Positions 51,974-63,096 of a stretch of 64,000 bases of DNA are shown piece by piece (the first letter of the stretch is position 1; every line of letters starts with the position of its first letter). The stretch lies in the NCBI GenBank assembly GCA_965224195.1, contig OZ245040.1, positions 128,001 through 192,000 on the forward strand, in the 5' to 3' direction. Origin of the DNA: Nitrosopumilus sp. Lineage in GTDB: Archaea; Thermoproteota; Nitrososphaeria; Nitrososphaerales; Nitrosopumilaceae. Made by a program: the position numbers and the translations under genes. The notes under the pieces were generated by a model that was not told the DNA's origin, did no database searches, and worked only from the letters and a program-made list of their open reading frames with translations.

Positions 51974-53198
51974 ATGGCTAGACGTAGACTGAAACTATAT
52001 GGAAAAAAGGCAACGTCTAATGATATTCTAGAGGAGGTTAACAGACTCCTTTACGCTAAAGGAAACAGACCATACCCACTAAAGCCTTCAGAGATTGCTA
52101 ACGCAATTGGTATGTCTCGTCAGTCTGTTTACAATTACATCAAAAAACTCTCAAATCGAGGAAATATGGTCCGACTCCAGTCTGGTCATTTCTTTTTGCC
52201 AAAGGCAAATGATACAGAATTTCGCCAGTTCAACAAACTACACAAATTCACATCTGATCCGCTCGTTTCTGAATGGATGGATGATTTACTCACCAGACGG
52301 CAAGGACTTCCCCTAAAAGTATGGAAGACTAGACTCCGCTCAGTTGAAACAATCTGCAATACATGCAAAGTGACTCCATATGATCTTACAATCTCTAAAA
52401 AGAAAACAGAAAAAATTATGCGAACATTTGCAAAACATTTCCAAAATGGGGAGATTATTTGTTCAAACAGTGGGTAAAGGAAATTCATTAGGGATGAACA
52501 CAACAGTGTATGCCAAAGTACAAGCAATTCGTGATTTTTGTTCATTTTATGATGTTACCTGGAGAAAAGGAGTAACTGGAATAATGTCTCAAAAAACTCC
52601 ACATCATGGAAAATATGCTGATGTTAGATTAACTGATGAAGAACTTGAGAATGCTGATAATTTCATCAAGGAAAAATGGGGATTGGATTCAGATGTGTAT
52701 AGGTGGTTTTGGATTGGAATAGAATCCTGTGCCAGATTCAGTGCATTATACAATATGAAAAACAAATTTACAAAATTTGAAACAAAATCTAAAAAAATTA
52801 TTGTTTTAATGTCAGTTTTTGAATCAAAGACTGAAGATATCCGTGGAGGAAAATGGACCAAATTTATCACAAGACCAGAAACTCAAAAAAGTCTTGAATT
52901 AATCAAGAGTAGGAATTGTAATAGAATCTATGAATCAAATCTATCAAAATTTCCATTCAAAAAAGAAATGTATCAAAAATTATTAGAAATTTATCGATAT
53001 TTAGGGAAAACTGAAGCCTATTTTCAGCATCATCCATCCCACGTTCTAAGGCATATTGGTGCCCATTATTGGCTTTCAAAAACGAATTACAATTATGGAA
53101 TAATAGCTGAAGTTGGGGGATGGTATACTATAGATGAATTAAAGAAGAGTTATGGGCAAATTCCTCCAGAAAAAATTTTAGAGGTGATTAGTTTATGA
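51974..53198 (+). pseudogene. HTH plus tyrosine recombinase/integrase, frameshifted near 52473
   Basis: HTH EIANAIGMSRQSVYNYI; catalytic ARF, K, HVLRH, GGW...SYG; one extra G in agtgggtaa. Confidence 0.8.
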
Positions 53199-53214
53199 TT
53201 ACCATCAAACTATC

Positions 53215-54273
53215 AGATGAGTTGTGCAATTAGTCCAATTTGAGTATAATCTCAACATTTTCTAATCATAAGATCCAAAGCTAAGGCTGAATTATTTTCA
53301 ATTCATGTTTAATTGCACAAAACTGGCAAAAAAACCAAAACAATTCCTGTCAATAGCAGGACTAACTGTTCCACAATTTGATTCCCTATACAACGAAATA
53401 AAGAAAAATTGCAAAACTGCAGAACAAAAGGGACTGTCCAAAAACAGAGAAAGAGACATTGGTGCAGGACACAAGTTTGACTTGTCCTTCAAAGGCAGAA
53501 TTCTAATGTTTTTCATGTACTACAGAATGTACACAACATATGACATGCCAGGGATGACATTTGATTTGGACAAACCAAACGTAATGAGAAACATCGGATG
53601 TTTGGAGCCTGCAGTGAAGCAGTCCATATAATTGCTGCCAAAAAATATGCAGATTCAAAAGAGATTAACGGCATGCAGGAATTCTTTCCGGAATTAGTTG
53701 CAATCACTGATGGCACAGAACAGCCCATCCCAAGACCAAAAAACAAAAAGAAAAGAAAGGCACGCCATTCAGGCAAAAAGAAAAAGCATGCAGTACAAAA
53801 TCAAGTCGCCATAAATCCTGATGGGATAACAATCCACAAATCTGCACATTCGCCTGGCAGCCATCATGATTACAGAATTTACAAATCAAAGCATCCAACA
53901 TTATCTGAAAGGTTGCTGCAGTTTTATGATCCTGGATGTTTGGGGACGGAAAAAGACTTTCCAGAACAGGCAAGTGTTTTGCCATGCAAGAAAAAGAAAG
54001 GAAAAAAATTGACTGTTGCTCAAAAGGAGTGGAACAAGATGCAGTCAAAAATTAGAATAAAAGTTGGACGTGTCATTGCACAAATCAGGCAATTTCGGAT
54101 AAATCGCGATGTGTTTAGAAACAAATTATGCAGATATGATGTGATAAGTGAAATTGTTTGTGGGACTGTCAGTTTCAAGATTAAATGGAAAGAAGAATTC
54201 ATTGCAATTCCATAAAATTAAGAATTAAATGACAGAAAAGTTAGATTTTTGCTTGTAATTGCGCAACTCATCT
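53215..54273 (+). mobile_element. IS5-family (DDE_Tnp_4) element copy 3, 1059 bp, frameshifted
   Basis: Same TIRs; retains GAA at the site of the nonsense codon but has 1-nt and 9-nt deletions. Confidence 0.92.
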
Positions 54274-55172
54274 ATTATACATCATATATATTCTAAATCT
54301 TCTTTTTTAGATTTGCGACTTGTTTTTCCAAAGATGTGATTCTTTTTTCTAATTTTGTGACTACTTTGGCTGCTCTTTTTTCTAATTTGGCCAGTCTACG
54401 TTCCTGTTACTGCTCATGTTGTTTGTCAGTCAGTTTTACCATGAATAATTTATGGATATTTTGAACTTAAGAGTATTGTAAAACAAAAAGCAATCAAAAC
54501 AAGGACATGAATGGAATCAAAAATTCCACTAGTCTCTGCCAAAAACTCCTGCAATTGATAGCATCTCCTCGTTGTATTAGTTATGTCAAAATCGTATTTA
54601 ATGATGATCTTAATTTTGAGAATAATGATAAAAATTGAAACTTAAGACCAACAACGATTAGTTACTTGGTGAGAGTTTCAATAGTTTTAGTTTGAAAATA
54701 TAGTATTTAGATCGTACTGAGAAATTCTACTAATCAATCCTACCTGTTCCTTTTATTGTAAATTACTCTAGTGTCATTACAAGTTATTTGTTATACCAGT
54801 CCAGAGGTTGGGTAAATTTGGCCCAATCTTTTCATTTTAAATCTAGTACTGACAATTACAATCAGCTACAAAGCAATACTAGCTATCAAAATTACAAAAA
54901 ATTACGAAGTAAATTCCAAATTGTACTAGAATAATTTACGAACAAACAGCTACAAAATCACACTTGTCAAAGATTGAACTGCCATACAACACTCTTTTGT
55001 TACAATTTACACAAATATCATCTTGTGTTAATTTGTCAAGGATTGTAATGGATTGTCAAATGGTATGCCCATGATATCGTGAAATTTTCACTAATGGACA
55101 GTCAATTAGACGGTCAATGTCTAACAGTAGGTGTGATAATGGGGTAACCGAAAACTCTAAGAATGAAAAATA

Positions 55173-55403
55173 TTATTTATAGAAATCAGGTTCTTGATCT
55201 CTTTTCTGCTTTGGAAGATCTTCCATAACGGCTTGAACTACTTCATTATGATTATACGTTAAATGTCTGAGAAACTTTGCTGATTCATCTGCTCTAGTTT
55301 TTTCATCTGCAAATAACATTTCAGGACTACTCAATCCAGTCATCATTTCATTGCATTCTTTGCATGGTTCAAAGTCAAGATAGAGTTTCATATTTCTCGT
55401 CAT
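55173..55403 (-). CDS. Small CxxC/His metal-binding hypothetical protein
   Basis: PCKEC, HLTYNH; downstream of cdc48. Confidence 0.7.
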   Translation of the reverse strand: MTRNMKLYLDFEPCKECNEMMTGLSSPEMLFADEKTRADESAKFLRHLTYNHNEVVQAVMEDLPKQKRDQEPDFYK

Positions 55404-55420
55404 TTTTCTTAGTATTTAGA

Positions 55421-57562
55421 CTATTTTATGGATTGAGGTATAGGTGCCTCTTTCTTTCTAGGTCTAATCTTATCCACAGCGTCAATTAGATCTTGTTGTG
55501 TAATCTTGATCTCCTTGACATTCTTTGACTTGCCAGAAACATATCTCTTCAAAGCTGTAATAGCTGCTCTACTTGCGACTGCTGTAATCTCAGCTCCACT
55601 AAAATCATCAGTAATTTTTACAATTTCTGAGATTTTTACATCATTTGCAAGAGGCTTTTTCTTTATATGAATCTCAAAGATATGCTGTCTTCCTTTTTCA
55701 TCAGGATTTGGAACTTTGATGATTCTATCAAATCTACCTGGTCTGAGAAGTGCTTCATCAACAATATCCAATCTATTTGTTGCACCAATTATCAACACGT
55801 TGTTTAGTTCTTCTAGTCCATCAATTTCTGTTAGAATTTGAGACACTACATTTTCTGTAACATGTGAATCAGAGCCTCCACTTCCTCTTCTTGGAACAAG
55901 TGCATCGACTTCATCTAAGAATATAATACATGGAGCTGCTTGTCGTGCTTTTCTGAATATTTCTCTGACACCTTTTTCAGATTCTCCTACCCATTTTGAG
56001 AGTAGTTCAGGACCCTTGATGCTGATAAAATTAGATTCTGTCATTTTTGCAAGAGCTTTTGCTATCATTGTCTTACCAGTTCCTGGAGGACCATAAAGTA
56101 AAATTCCCTTTGGAGATTCTACATCGACATAATCATACGCATCCTTGTATTTGATTGGCCACTCAACAGCTTCTTTGAGTTCTTCCTTTAATTCATCTAA
56201 ACCACCAACATCATCCCAACTTACGTTTGGAATTTGGACTTGGACTTCTCTAAGTGCACTTGGACTGACTTCTTTTAGTGCATCTCTAAAGTCATCACTT
56301 GTAATTTGGATCTTTTCAAGTATTTCTGATGAAATTTTTTCTTCGTCATAGTCAATCTCAGGGAGAATTCTACGGAGCGATTTCATTGCAGCTTCTTTGA
56401 CTAAAACTTCCAAATCAGCTCCTACAAATCCATGTGTAGTTTTTGAGATTTGTTTTAAATCTACTTTTTCATCAATGGGCATTCCACGTGTATGAATTGA
56501 AAGAATGTCAAATCTTCCTTCATCATCAGGAATTTCAATTTCAATTTCTCTATCAAATCTACCTGGTCTTCTAAGCGCAGGATCAATTGAATCTGGTCTG
56601 TTAGTAGCTGCAATTACAACAACTTTACCTCTAGACTTCATTCCATCCATTAGAGTTAGTAATTGTGAAACAATTCTTTTCTCTAGTTCACCAGAAACTT
56701 CATCTCTCTTTGGAGCAATAGAATCAATCTCATCAATGAAAATTATGCTAGGAGCATTTTCTTCAGCTTGAGTAAAGATTTCTCTAATTCGCTCTTCACT
56801 TTCTCCATAATGTTTGCCCATTATTTCAGGACCACTTAGCGAGATAAAGTGGGCATTTGTTTCGCCAGCTACGGCCTTTGCTAATAGTGTCTTACCAGTT
56901 CCTGGAAGACCATACAAGAGTACGCCTTTTGGTGCTTCCACTCCTATTTTATCAAATAATTCAGGATGCCGCATTGGCAATTCCACCATTTCACGAATTT
57001 TTTGAACCTCTTTTTTCAAACCCCCAAGTTCGTCATATGTTATTCTTGGAACAGAAGAATCAACTGCTTTAGTCATTGCTCCAAGTTTGAATACTGTGTT
57101 TTCAGTTACAAAAACAGGTTTTGATGGTTTTGTACTTGTTATAATAAACTGAACCCTTCCACCCATCTGTGTATTAAGAGATACTGAATCTCCAGTTGTA
57201 AATACATGATTGAGATAATTGTAAATCATATATTCTTGTAATCCTTCTGCAGCAATCTTTTCAGTTGGAGATAAAACAATTTGTTCAGCATTCACAGCTT
57301 CAACTGTTTTTAGTAAAATCTTATCACCAATTCCAGCTCCAATATTTTGTCTTGCCATTCCATCTATTTTGATAATACCTGAACCATATTCTTCAGGTGC
57401 ACCGGGCCAAAGTTTTACATGTGTTTTTTTGTTGTATGTGAGTTCTAATATTTGTCCGGTATTCCATTTTTGATCTTCAATAATTTTAGGATCAACTATA
57501 GCTCTCCCCCTTCCAACATGTTGTTGTGGGCTTTCTTCAATTTTTAAAATTACTTCACTCAT
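55421..57562 (-). CDS. cdc48: CDC48/VAT AAA+ ATPase
   Basis: Two AAA modules (GxPGTGKT, DEID/DEVD, RPGRFDR) and N-domain. Confidence 0.96.
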   Translation of the reverse strand: MSEVILKIEESPQQHVGRGRAIVDPKIIEDQKWNTGQILELTYNKKTHVKLWPGAPEEYGSGIIKIDGMARQNIGAGIGDKILLKTVEAVNAEQIVLSPTEKIAAEGLQEYMIYNYLNHVFTTGDSVSLNTQMGGRVQFIITSTKPSKPVFVTENTVFKLGAMTKAVDSSVPRITYDELGGLKKEVQKIREMVELPMRHPELFDKIGVEAPKGVLLYGLPGTGKTLLAKAVAGETNAHFISLSGPEIMGKHYGESEERIREIFTQAEENAPSIIFIDEIDSIAPKRDEVSGELEKRIVSQLLTLMDGMKSRGKVVVIAATNRPDSIDPALRRPGRFDREIEIEIPDDEGRFDILSIHTRGMPIDEKVDLKQISKTTHGFVGADLEVLVKEAAMKSLRRILPEIDYDEEKISSEILEKIQITSDDFRDALKEVSPSALREVQVQIPNVSWDDVGGLDELKEELKEAVEWPIKYKDAYDYVDVESPKGILLYGPPGTGKTMIAKALAKMTESNFISIKGPELLSKWVGESEKGVREIFRKARQAAPCIIFLDEVDALVPRRGSGGSDSHVTENVVSQILTEIDGLEELNNVLIIGATNRLDIVDEALLRPGRFDRIIKVPNPDEKGRQHIFEIHIKKKPLANDVKISEIVKITDDFSGAEITAVASRAAITALKRYVSGKSKNVKEIKITQQDLIDAVDKIRPRKKEAPIPQSIK

Positions 57563-57590
57563 ATTATTACCTCAAAAATTAACGAGGGGT

Positions 57591-58091
57591 TTATTCAACC
57601 TCCACCGTTTTGCTTTTTGGTTTTTCCTCTTCAGCTAATTTGAAGACGATTTGTAAAACTCCATTTTTGTAAGAAGCTTTTGCAGAGTTTTCATCAACTT
57701 TGTGTTGTACAGGAACTTTTACATGATATTTTTTTTCATCATGTCCTGCTGAAAGATCAACTGTTTTGTTTTCAACAACAATTTTGACATCAGATTTATC
57801 AACTCCTGGCATCTCAGCTATGAGTTTTACTACTTTTTCTTTTTCATCGACAATCGTGTCAACTAGTGGTTCTCGTGTATCAAAAGTTGGAGCAAGGCTT
57901 GGTTTAGCATTTCCATATTCGTTTACAACAGGTTTTCCATCAGGACCAACAGTCATTGTATAACCGTAATAATGTGGACCTGATTCAGAACCATTTCCCT
58001 TGAATTCCTCAAAAACGTCATCTGTGTTAAAAAAAGTGTTTGACATTTTTTTGAAGATTCTATCAAATTCGCTATCAAAGAAATTTGTCAT
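57591..58091 (-). CDS. hsp20: Archaeal small heat shock protein
   Basis: YYGYTMTVGPDGKP, REPLVD, AEMPGV, ASYKNGVL. Confidence 0.95.
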   Translation of the reverse strand: MTNFFDSEFDRIFKKMSNTFFNTDDVFEEFKGNGSESGPHYYGYTMTVGPDGKPVVNEYGNAKPSLAPTFDTREPLVDTIVDEKEKVVKLIAEMPGVDKSDVKIVVENKTVDLSAGHDEKKYHVKVPVQHKVDENSAKASYKNGVLQIVFKLAEEEKPKSKTVEVE

Positions 58092-58104
58092 ATTTATCTA
58101 CTAT

Positions 58105-58122
58105 ATGTAATATATATTACAT
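58105..58122. promoter_or_regulatory. 18-bp palindrome upstream of hsp20-cdc48, candidate heat-shock operator
   Basis: ATGTAATATATATTACAT is its own reverse complement. Confidence 0.4.
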
Positions 58123-58195
58123 TATATAAAGATTATTGGTATTTCTCTGATTTCTTACATAATCCTATTATAACTGACATGATATAATAATCTTA

Positions 58196-58861
58196 ATGAG
58201 GGTATCAAGCGTGTCTATTCCTGAAGTTGTAAGAGAGATTATCAGTAGGAATCGTTCAATTTCTGATTGCATGAAGATGGATTTGATAAATTACACAGCA
58301 CTGGCAGTAAAGATTCAACCAGATATAGAAAAAATTCTAGGAAACTCTGTTAATCTCAATACAGTAGTTGTTGCCATTAAGAGATATGCTGATTCGTTTG
58401 AAATTAAAGAAGATGTCAAAGAAGAATCAGTTTTGAAAAATGCAAGATTGGCATTAACTGATGGAATAATGGATGTTAAATTTTCCATAAAAGATTCTAA
58501 TCAAATGGATCCAATGGTAATTTTAGACAAATTCTCTAAAGTAACTAATAACTATGATTTTTTTAGGATGTCTGATTCGTTTAGATTTTTGGCAGAAGAT
58601 ATGGATGACATTAGACAAATCTTCAATAGCGTTCCAGAAAGAGATGATATGTTTAGTACTGGACTTGCAAAAATTAGAATTTCAATACCAAACTCTCAAA
58701 ATCAATCAGACGTAGTATCCTATGTTGCTGAGGTATTACATGCAAATGGAGTAGAATTAGTAAATGCATTTTTCAGTCAGGATAACATTACAATTATACT
58801 CAACGAGAGAGATTCATCAAGGGCATATGATATCTTACATTCCGATATCATGAGGACCTGA
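58196..58861 (+). CDS. Archaeal regulatory protein with C-terminal ACT domain
   Basis: DLINYTALA..AIKRY N-domain; ACT-like tail. Confidence 0.8.
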   Translation: MRVSSVSIPEVVREIISRNRSISDCMKMDLINYTALAVKIQPDIEKILGNSVNLNTVVVAIKRYADSFEIKEDVKEESVLKNARLALTDGIMDVKFSIKDSNQMDPMVILDKFSKVTNNYDFFRMSDSFRFLAEDMDDIRQIFNSVPERDDMFSTGLAKIRISIPNSQNQSDVVSYVAEVLHANGVELVNAFFSQDNITIILNERDSSRAYDILHSDIMRT

Positions 58862-58915
58862 GTATAGTAGTGAATTTAATAAAAATTATTCTTATAGCAT
58901 ATATTCACCCAATTT

Positions 58916-60289
58916 ATGGAAAAGACACAATTGGCAAGAAATAAGAAAAAAATTGTAATTTTAGGGGGTGGATTTGCCGGAGTAGAATGTGCTAGACGGT
59001 TAGAAAAAGAATTTGGAAATAATCCTGAAATAGAACTGGTAATGGTAAGTGAAGATAATTTTCTATTATTTACACCAATGCTGCCACAGGTAGCGTCTGG
59101 AATGATTGAAACTAGGCATATTGTTTTACCAATTAGAACTATTTGTAAAAAAACAAAATTCTATGAAAGTCGAATCAAAAACATTGATCCGTATGGAAAA
59201 ATTGTAACATTATGGGGAACTGGAGATAAAAGAAGCATCTCATTACATTATGATTTTCTAGTTGTTGCATTAGGTAGTGAAACTAACTTTTTTGGAATGG
59301 CTGATGTTGAGAAAAATGCATACACAATGAAGACACTCAATGACGCTGTAATGTTAAGAAATAGAGTTATCGATATGTTAGAACAAGCAGAAAATGAAAC
59401 CAATCCAATTCTTCGAAAAAGTTTTCTAAATTTTGTAGTGGTAGGTGGTGGATTTGCAGGAATTGAAACTGCAGGAGAATTGATGGATCTTTTATTGGAC
59501 GCAAGAAAATATTATCCAACAATTCACAAAGACGATATCAAAGTAATTGTGTTAGAGGCTTTAGGAATGATCCTTCCTGGATTTAATACAAAACTGGCAA
59601 ACTTTGCTAAAGACAAGATGGTAGAAAGAGGAATTGACATTAGACTAAAAACTGCAGTTACTAGTTTTGATGGAAATGAAGTTACTACAAAGTCATTAGA
59701 TGAAAATCTAAAGGATTCAATTGATACATCTGAAATTAATTCAATAATTACAAAGACATTGATTTGGACTGCAGGTGTTACTCCAGTTAATACGATTAAG
59801 AGATCAATGTTCAAAACAGAAAAAGGAAAAGTTTTGGTAAATGATTTTCTAGAAGTTGCTGATTTTCCTGGAGTGTTTGCTATAGGTGATTGTGCATTGC
59901 ATATTGATCCCCAAACACAAAGACCGTTACCTCCAACTGCTCAAATTGCGGAAGCTCAAGCAAAAATCGCTGTCAAAAATTTAATTTCTTTAATTAAAAA
60001 TTCTACAAAAGAAAAATTTGTTTATCATTCCAAAGGCCAAATGGCAATTATTGGAAAAAGATCAGGAATTGCCACATTTTTAGGAATGAATATTTCAGGA
60101 TTTTGGGCTTGGTTAATTTGGAGAAATGTTTACCTCTCAAAAATTACAACATTTGACAAAAAAACTCGCGTATTTCTTGATTGGGTAATAGATTTGTTCT
60201 TTGATAGAGATATTTCAAGATTAAAGTTAATGAAACGTGAAACTGAAAAAGAATACAAGTTACTTGATGAAGTAGATGATATTTGGTAA
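58916..60289 (+). CDS. NDH-2-like NAD(P)/FAD oxidoreductase
   Basis: GGGFAG twice, FTPMLP, WTAGV, FAIGDCA, PPTAQIA. Confidence 0.9.
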   Translation: MEKTQLARNKKKIVILGGGFAGVECARRLEKEFGNNPEIELVMVSEDNFLLFTPMLPQVASGMIETRHIVLPIRTICKKTKFYESRIKNIDPYGKIVTLWGTGDKRSISLHYDFLVVALGSETNFFGMADVEKNAYTMKTLNDAVMLRNRVIDMLEQAENETNPILRKSFLNFVVVGGGFAGIETAGELMDLLLDARKYYPTIHKDDIKVIVLEALGMILPGFNTKLANFAKDKMVERGIDIRLKTAVTSFDGNEVTTKSLDENLKDSIDTSEINSIITKTLIWTAGVTPVNTIKRSMFKTEKGKVLVNDFLEVADFPGVFAIGDCALHIDPQTQRPLPPTAQIAEAQAKIAVKNLISLIKNSTKEKFVYHSKGQMAIIGKRSGIATFLGMNISGFWAWLIWRNVYLSKITTFDKKTRVFLDWVIDLFFDRDISRLKLMKRETEKEYKLLDEVDDIW

Positions 60290-60301
60290 AAAGAGAATCT
60301 G

Positions 60302-61822
60302 TTATTTTCTAATTTTATAAATAACTAATGCTGGTGCTGCAAAATACATTCCAACATTCATCAAAATAATTCCAATTCCATATGATAACATTTTTTCTTC
60401 AGAATCAATTTCAACGTAATTTAAAATTGATAATGTGGATAACATCGGAGTAATAGAAAGTTTTACAAATTCTTTGAAAAGGGGGTTTTCACGCTCCATA
60501 TCGGCAATTACAGGTGAAAATGAATAATAGAATTGGTTAAAGCCACTCATGAAAGCAATTCCAGACTCTGTTGATAATATAGTATTGTCTCTAAGTTCTC
60601 TTAGTTGTTGAATGTGTGGTGCCATTTCAGAACCATATGCTGCAGTTGCAATCAAACATCCGCCATTTTCTTCAGGATTAGATTCTGGTACTATTATTGA
60701 AAAAGATTCTATGGTTTCATCAAATTTTGGAAGTTGAGAATTAAAATCATCTACACCATTACTATATGCAAGGGTATAGAATTTTTCATTATCATAAAAT
60801 ATAATTTCTTTAAATTGAACTTCATAATTTTCTCCATTTGATGAAAAGAATCCTTTTGCTTCAGTAACATATGCATCATATTCATTTATCATCATCTTAT
60901 TCTGTAAAGTAACTTCTAATTCTCCTTTTTCTATTACAGGTTTAATTGTTTCAAGTTTTTCAGAAATAAGTTCATCAAATGTTCGTTGATTTGTTTCTTG
61001 TACTGTTAATGAAATAACTGGATTCATTGCACCTGTTTTTGGACCTACTGCAACTACATCAGGAGAATTTGGTTGTGTCTTGTCTTGTTCTTGTAATAAC
61101 CAACCTTCAGGTACACTTAGTTTAATTTGATGTTCTGTACTTTGATATTCTTGATTGCCTGTTGATGGGGTTATAACTGATTGAGTACGTTCAGGATCTT
61201 TTAATTCAAGAGAATTTGAAATCTCAGAAATACTAACTACTGTGGTTTTTGTAATTCTGACTTGTTCGGGATCCAATGGTTTATCATTACCATCTGTTGG
61301 TATCGCTGCAATTTTGTCAAGTGTATCAAAACTTTCTTCAGTTACAATTCTACCAAATACAGTGTATTGTTCATCAAGGAAATTAGAATCAGCATGAACT
61401 ATGAAAAATTGAGAACCACCACTATCTGGATCAGCAGATCTTGCCATTGAAACAATTCCACGATTATGTTTTATTGTGTTAAACTCTGCATCTACACTTG
61501 TATCTGGACCACCAGTTCCCCAAGAGTTAGGATCACCATCAATAGTATTTGGATCGCCACCCTGAATCATAAATCCAGGAATGATTCTATGAAATAATAC
61601 ACCGTCATAAAATCCTGTTTGAGATAATATTATAAAATTTTCAACATGTTTTGGAGCATCATTTGGAAAAAATTCTATGACAATTTCTCCAGAACTAGTT
61701 TCTAAGATAACTACAGGATCTAGAATGTTAATTTCATTAAATTCAACTGTTTGTGCAAATGTGTAGCTGCCTGAACTAACTACAAATAATGAAAATATTA
61801 AGACCGTGAAAATTTTATTCAA
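60302..61822 (-). CDS. Secreted cyclophilin-type PPIase with CFI-box-CTERM anchor
   Basis: FHRIIPGFMIQGGDP, SMARS..GSQFFI; GGCLIATAAYGSE. Confidence 0.92.
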   Translation of the reverse strand: MNKIFTVLIFSLFVVSSGSYTFAQTVEFNEINILDPVVILETSSGEIVIEFFPNDAPKHVENFIILSQTGFYDGVLFHRIIPGFMIQGGDPNTIDGDPNSWGTGGPDTSVDAEFNTIKHNRGIVSMARSADPDSGGSQFFIVHADSNFLDEQYTVFGRIVTEESFDTLDKIAAIPTDGNDKPLDPEQVRITKTTVVSISEISNSLELKDPERTQSVITPSTGNQEYQSTEHQIKLSVPEGWLLQEQDKTQPNSPDVVAVGPKTGAMNPVISLTVQETNQRTFDELISEKLETIKPVIEKGELEVTLQNKMMINEYDAYVTEAKGFFSSNGENYEVQFKEIIFYDNEKFYTLAYSNGVDDFNSQLPKFDETIESFSIIVPESNPEENGGCLIATAAYGSEMAPHIQQLRELRDNTILSTESGIAFMSGFNQFYYSFSPVIADMERENPLFKEFVKLSITPMLSTLSILNYVEIDSEEKMLSYGIGIILMNVGMYFAAPALVIYKIRK

Positions 61823-61894
61823 TAATTTTTTTCAATATTGCTTACTTAAAAGCTAATTGTATTAGTTTTTAATAAAGTTCAATAATCAACCCAT

Positions 61895-62377
61895 ATGCAA
61901 TCTGATGAGAAAATTCAAGCACATATAGTTTCAATTTGGCGAGAATCTAAAAAATTCTTTTCAATTGGTGGAAAAGAAGGCATGTTGGTACTAACTGACA
62001 AACATTTGATGTTTGTACATAAAACAAAATCTAAAATGAATTGGTGGAAAGCCATTACTCAAAGACAAGTAGTTAATTTCATCAAATCAAAAAATACTAT
62101 GATTCGTCATGATGGCTATAATGAAGAAGATTTGATGAATGATTGTGAAGATAAACGAAATACTGAATTAAGTTTTGATGATATTTCTAGTATTAGTTTT
62201 ACAGAAAAAGATTGGGGAAGTTCATTACAATTAGAGTTTCAAAAAGATGAAAAATTTCAGTATTCAATTGCCCAAGATTGGGTAAAATATCCTGCAAAAG
62301 AGCCTACAAAATACATGAAAGTGGATTGGGAGCCTTTTGTGCAATATATTAAAGACAGGCAGAAATTTACCAAGTAA
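61895..62377 (+). CDS. Conserved hypothetical (PH-like) protein
   Basis: GMLVLTDKHLMF; operonic with cbiE. Confidence 0.7.
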   Translation: MQSDEKIQAHIVSIWRESKKFFSIGGKEGMLVLTDKHLMFVHKTKSKMNWWKAITQRQVVNFIKSKNTMIRHDGYNEEDLMNDCEDKRNTELSFDDISSISFTEKDWGSSLQLEFQKDEKFQYSIAQDWVKYPAKEPTKYMKVDWEPFVQYIKDRQKFTK

Positions 62378-62379
62378 AA

Positions 62380-63096
62380 TTGAGTAAAGTTTACGCTGTA
62401 GGTGTTGGACCTGGTTCTCCAAAATATGTTACAGGAATTGTAAAAGAAATAATTCAGAGTTGTGATGTAATTATTGGTTACAAATACACATTGAAAACAA
62501 TAGAAGATTTGACTATAGGAAAAGAAGTTTATGAAATCACTATGAATGATCAAGAAGATTCTTATCAAAAAATTCTTCCAAAGTTGGGTGATAGGACTCT
62601 AGTCATACCATTTACTGGTGATGTTAATTTTTCCGAATCTGAAGTTGTTGATAGATTAATTGAAATTTTTGGTGATGTTGAAATTATTCCAGGAATTAGT
62701 TCAATACAGGTTGCTGCATCAAGGGCAAAAGTTCCGCTTGATAAATCAAAAATAATTACGATGCATGTTACAACTCCAATTGAAGATAAGAAATTAGAAT
62801 TGCAAAAAGCATTGATTGATGGTTTTAGTGTGATTTTAGTACCGAGACCTTGGCCAAAACAACCAGACAAACATTTCATGCCTTCAGAAATTGCAATTTA
62901 TCTTAGAGAGTATAATTTTGAGACTGATAAGATGAAAGTTCATGTTTATGAAGCAATAACTACTGAAAATGAAACGAGTTTTGAGGGAACAATAAAAGAA
63001 TTAGAAGGAAAAGAATTTTCGGATTTATCTGTAATGGTGTTTAATCAAGTGAGCCTTGATTCATACATGAATTATAGATGGCAATGGGAAAATTAA
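62380..63096 (+). CDS. cbiE: Cobalt-precorrin-7 C5-methyltransferase
   Basis: GVGPGSPKYVT, TGDVNFS, IPGISSIQVAASR. Confidence 0.88.
   Translation: MSKVYAVGVGPGSPKYVTGIVKEIIQSCDVIIGYKYTLKTIEDLTIGKEVYEITMNDQEDSYQKILPKLGDRTLVIPFTGDVNFSESEVVDRLIEIFGDVEIIPGISSIQVAASRAKVPLDKSKIITMHVTTPIEDKKLELQKALIDGFSVILVPRPWPKQPDKHFMPSEIAIYLREYNFETDKMKVHVYEAITTENETSFEGTIKELEGKEFSDLSVMVFNQVSLDSYMNYRWQWEN

Noticed and set aside
55421-59814. Short antisense ORFs within cdc48, hsp20 and the NDH-2-like gene
   Set aside because: Fully overlap well-supported genes on the other strand
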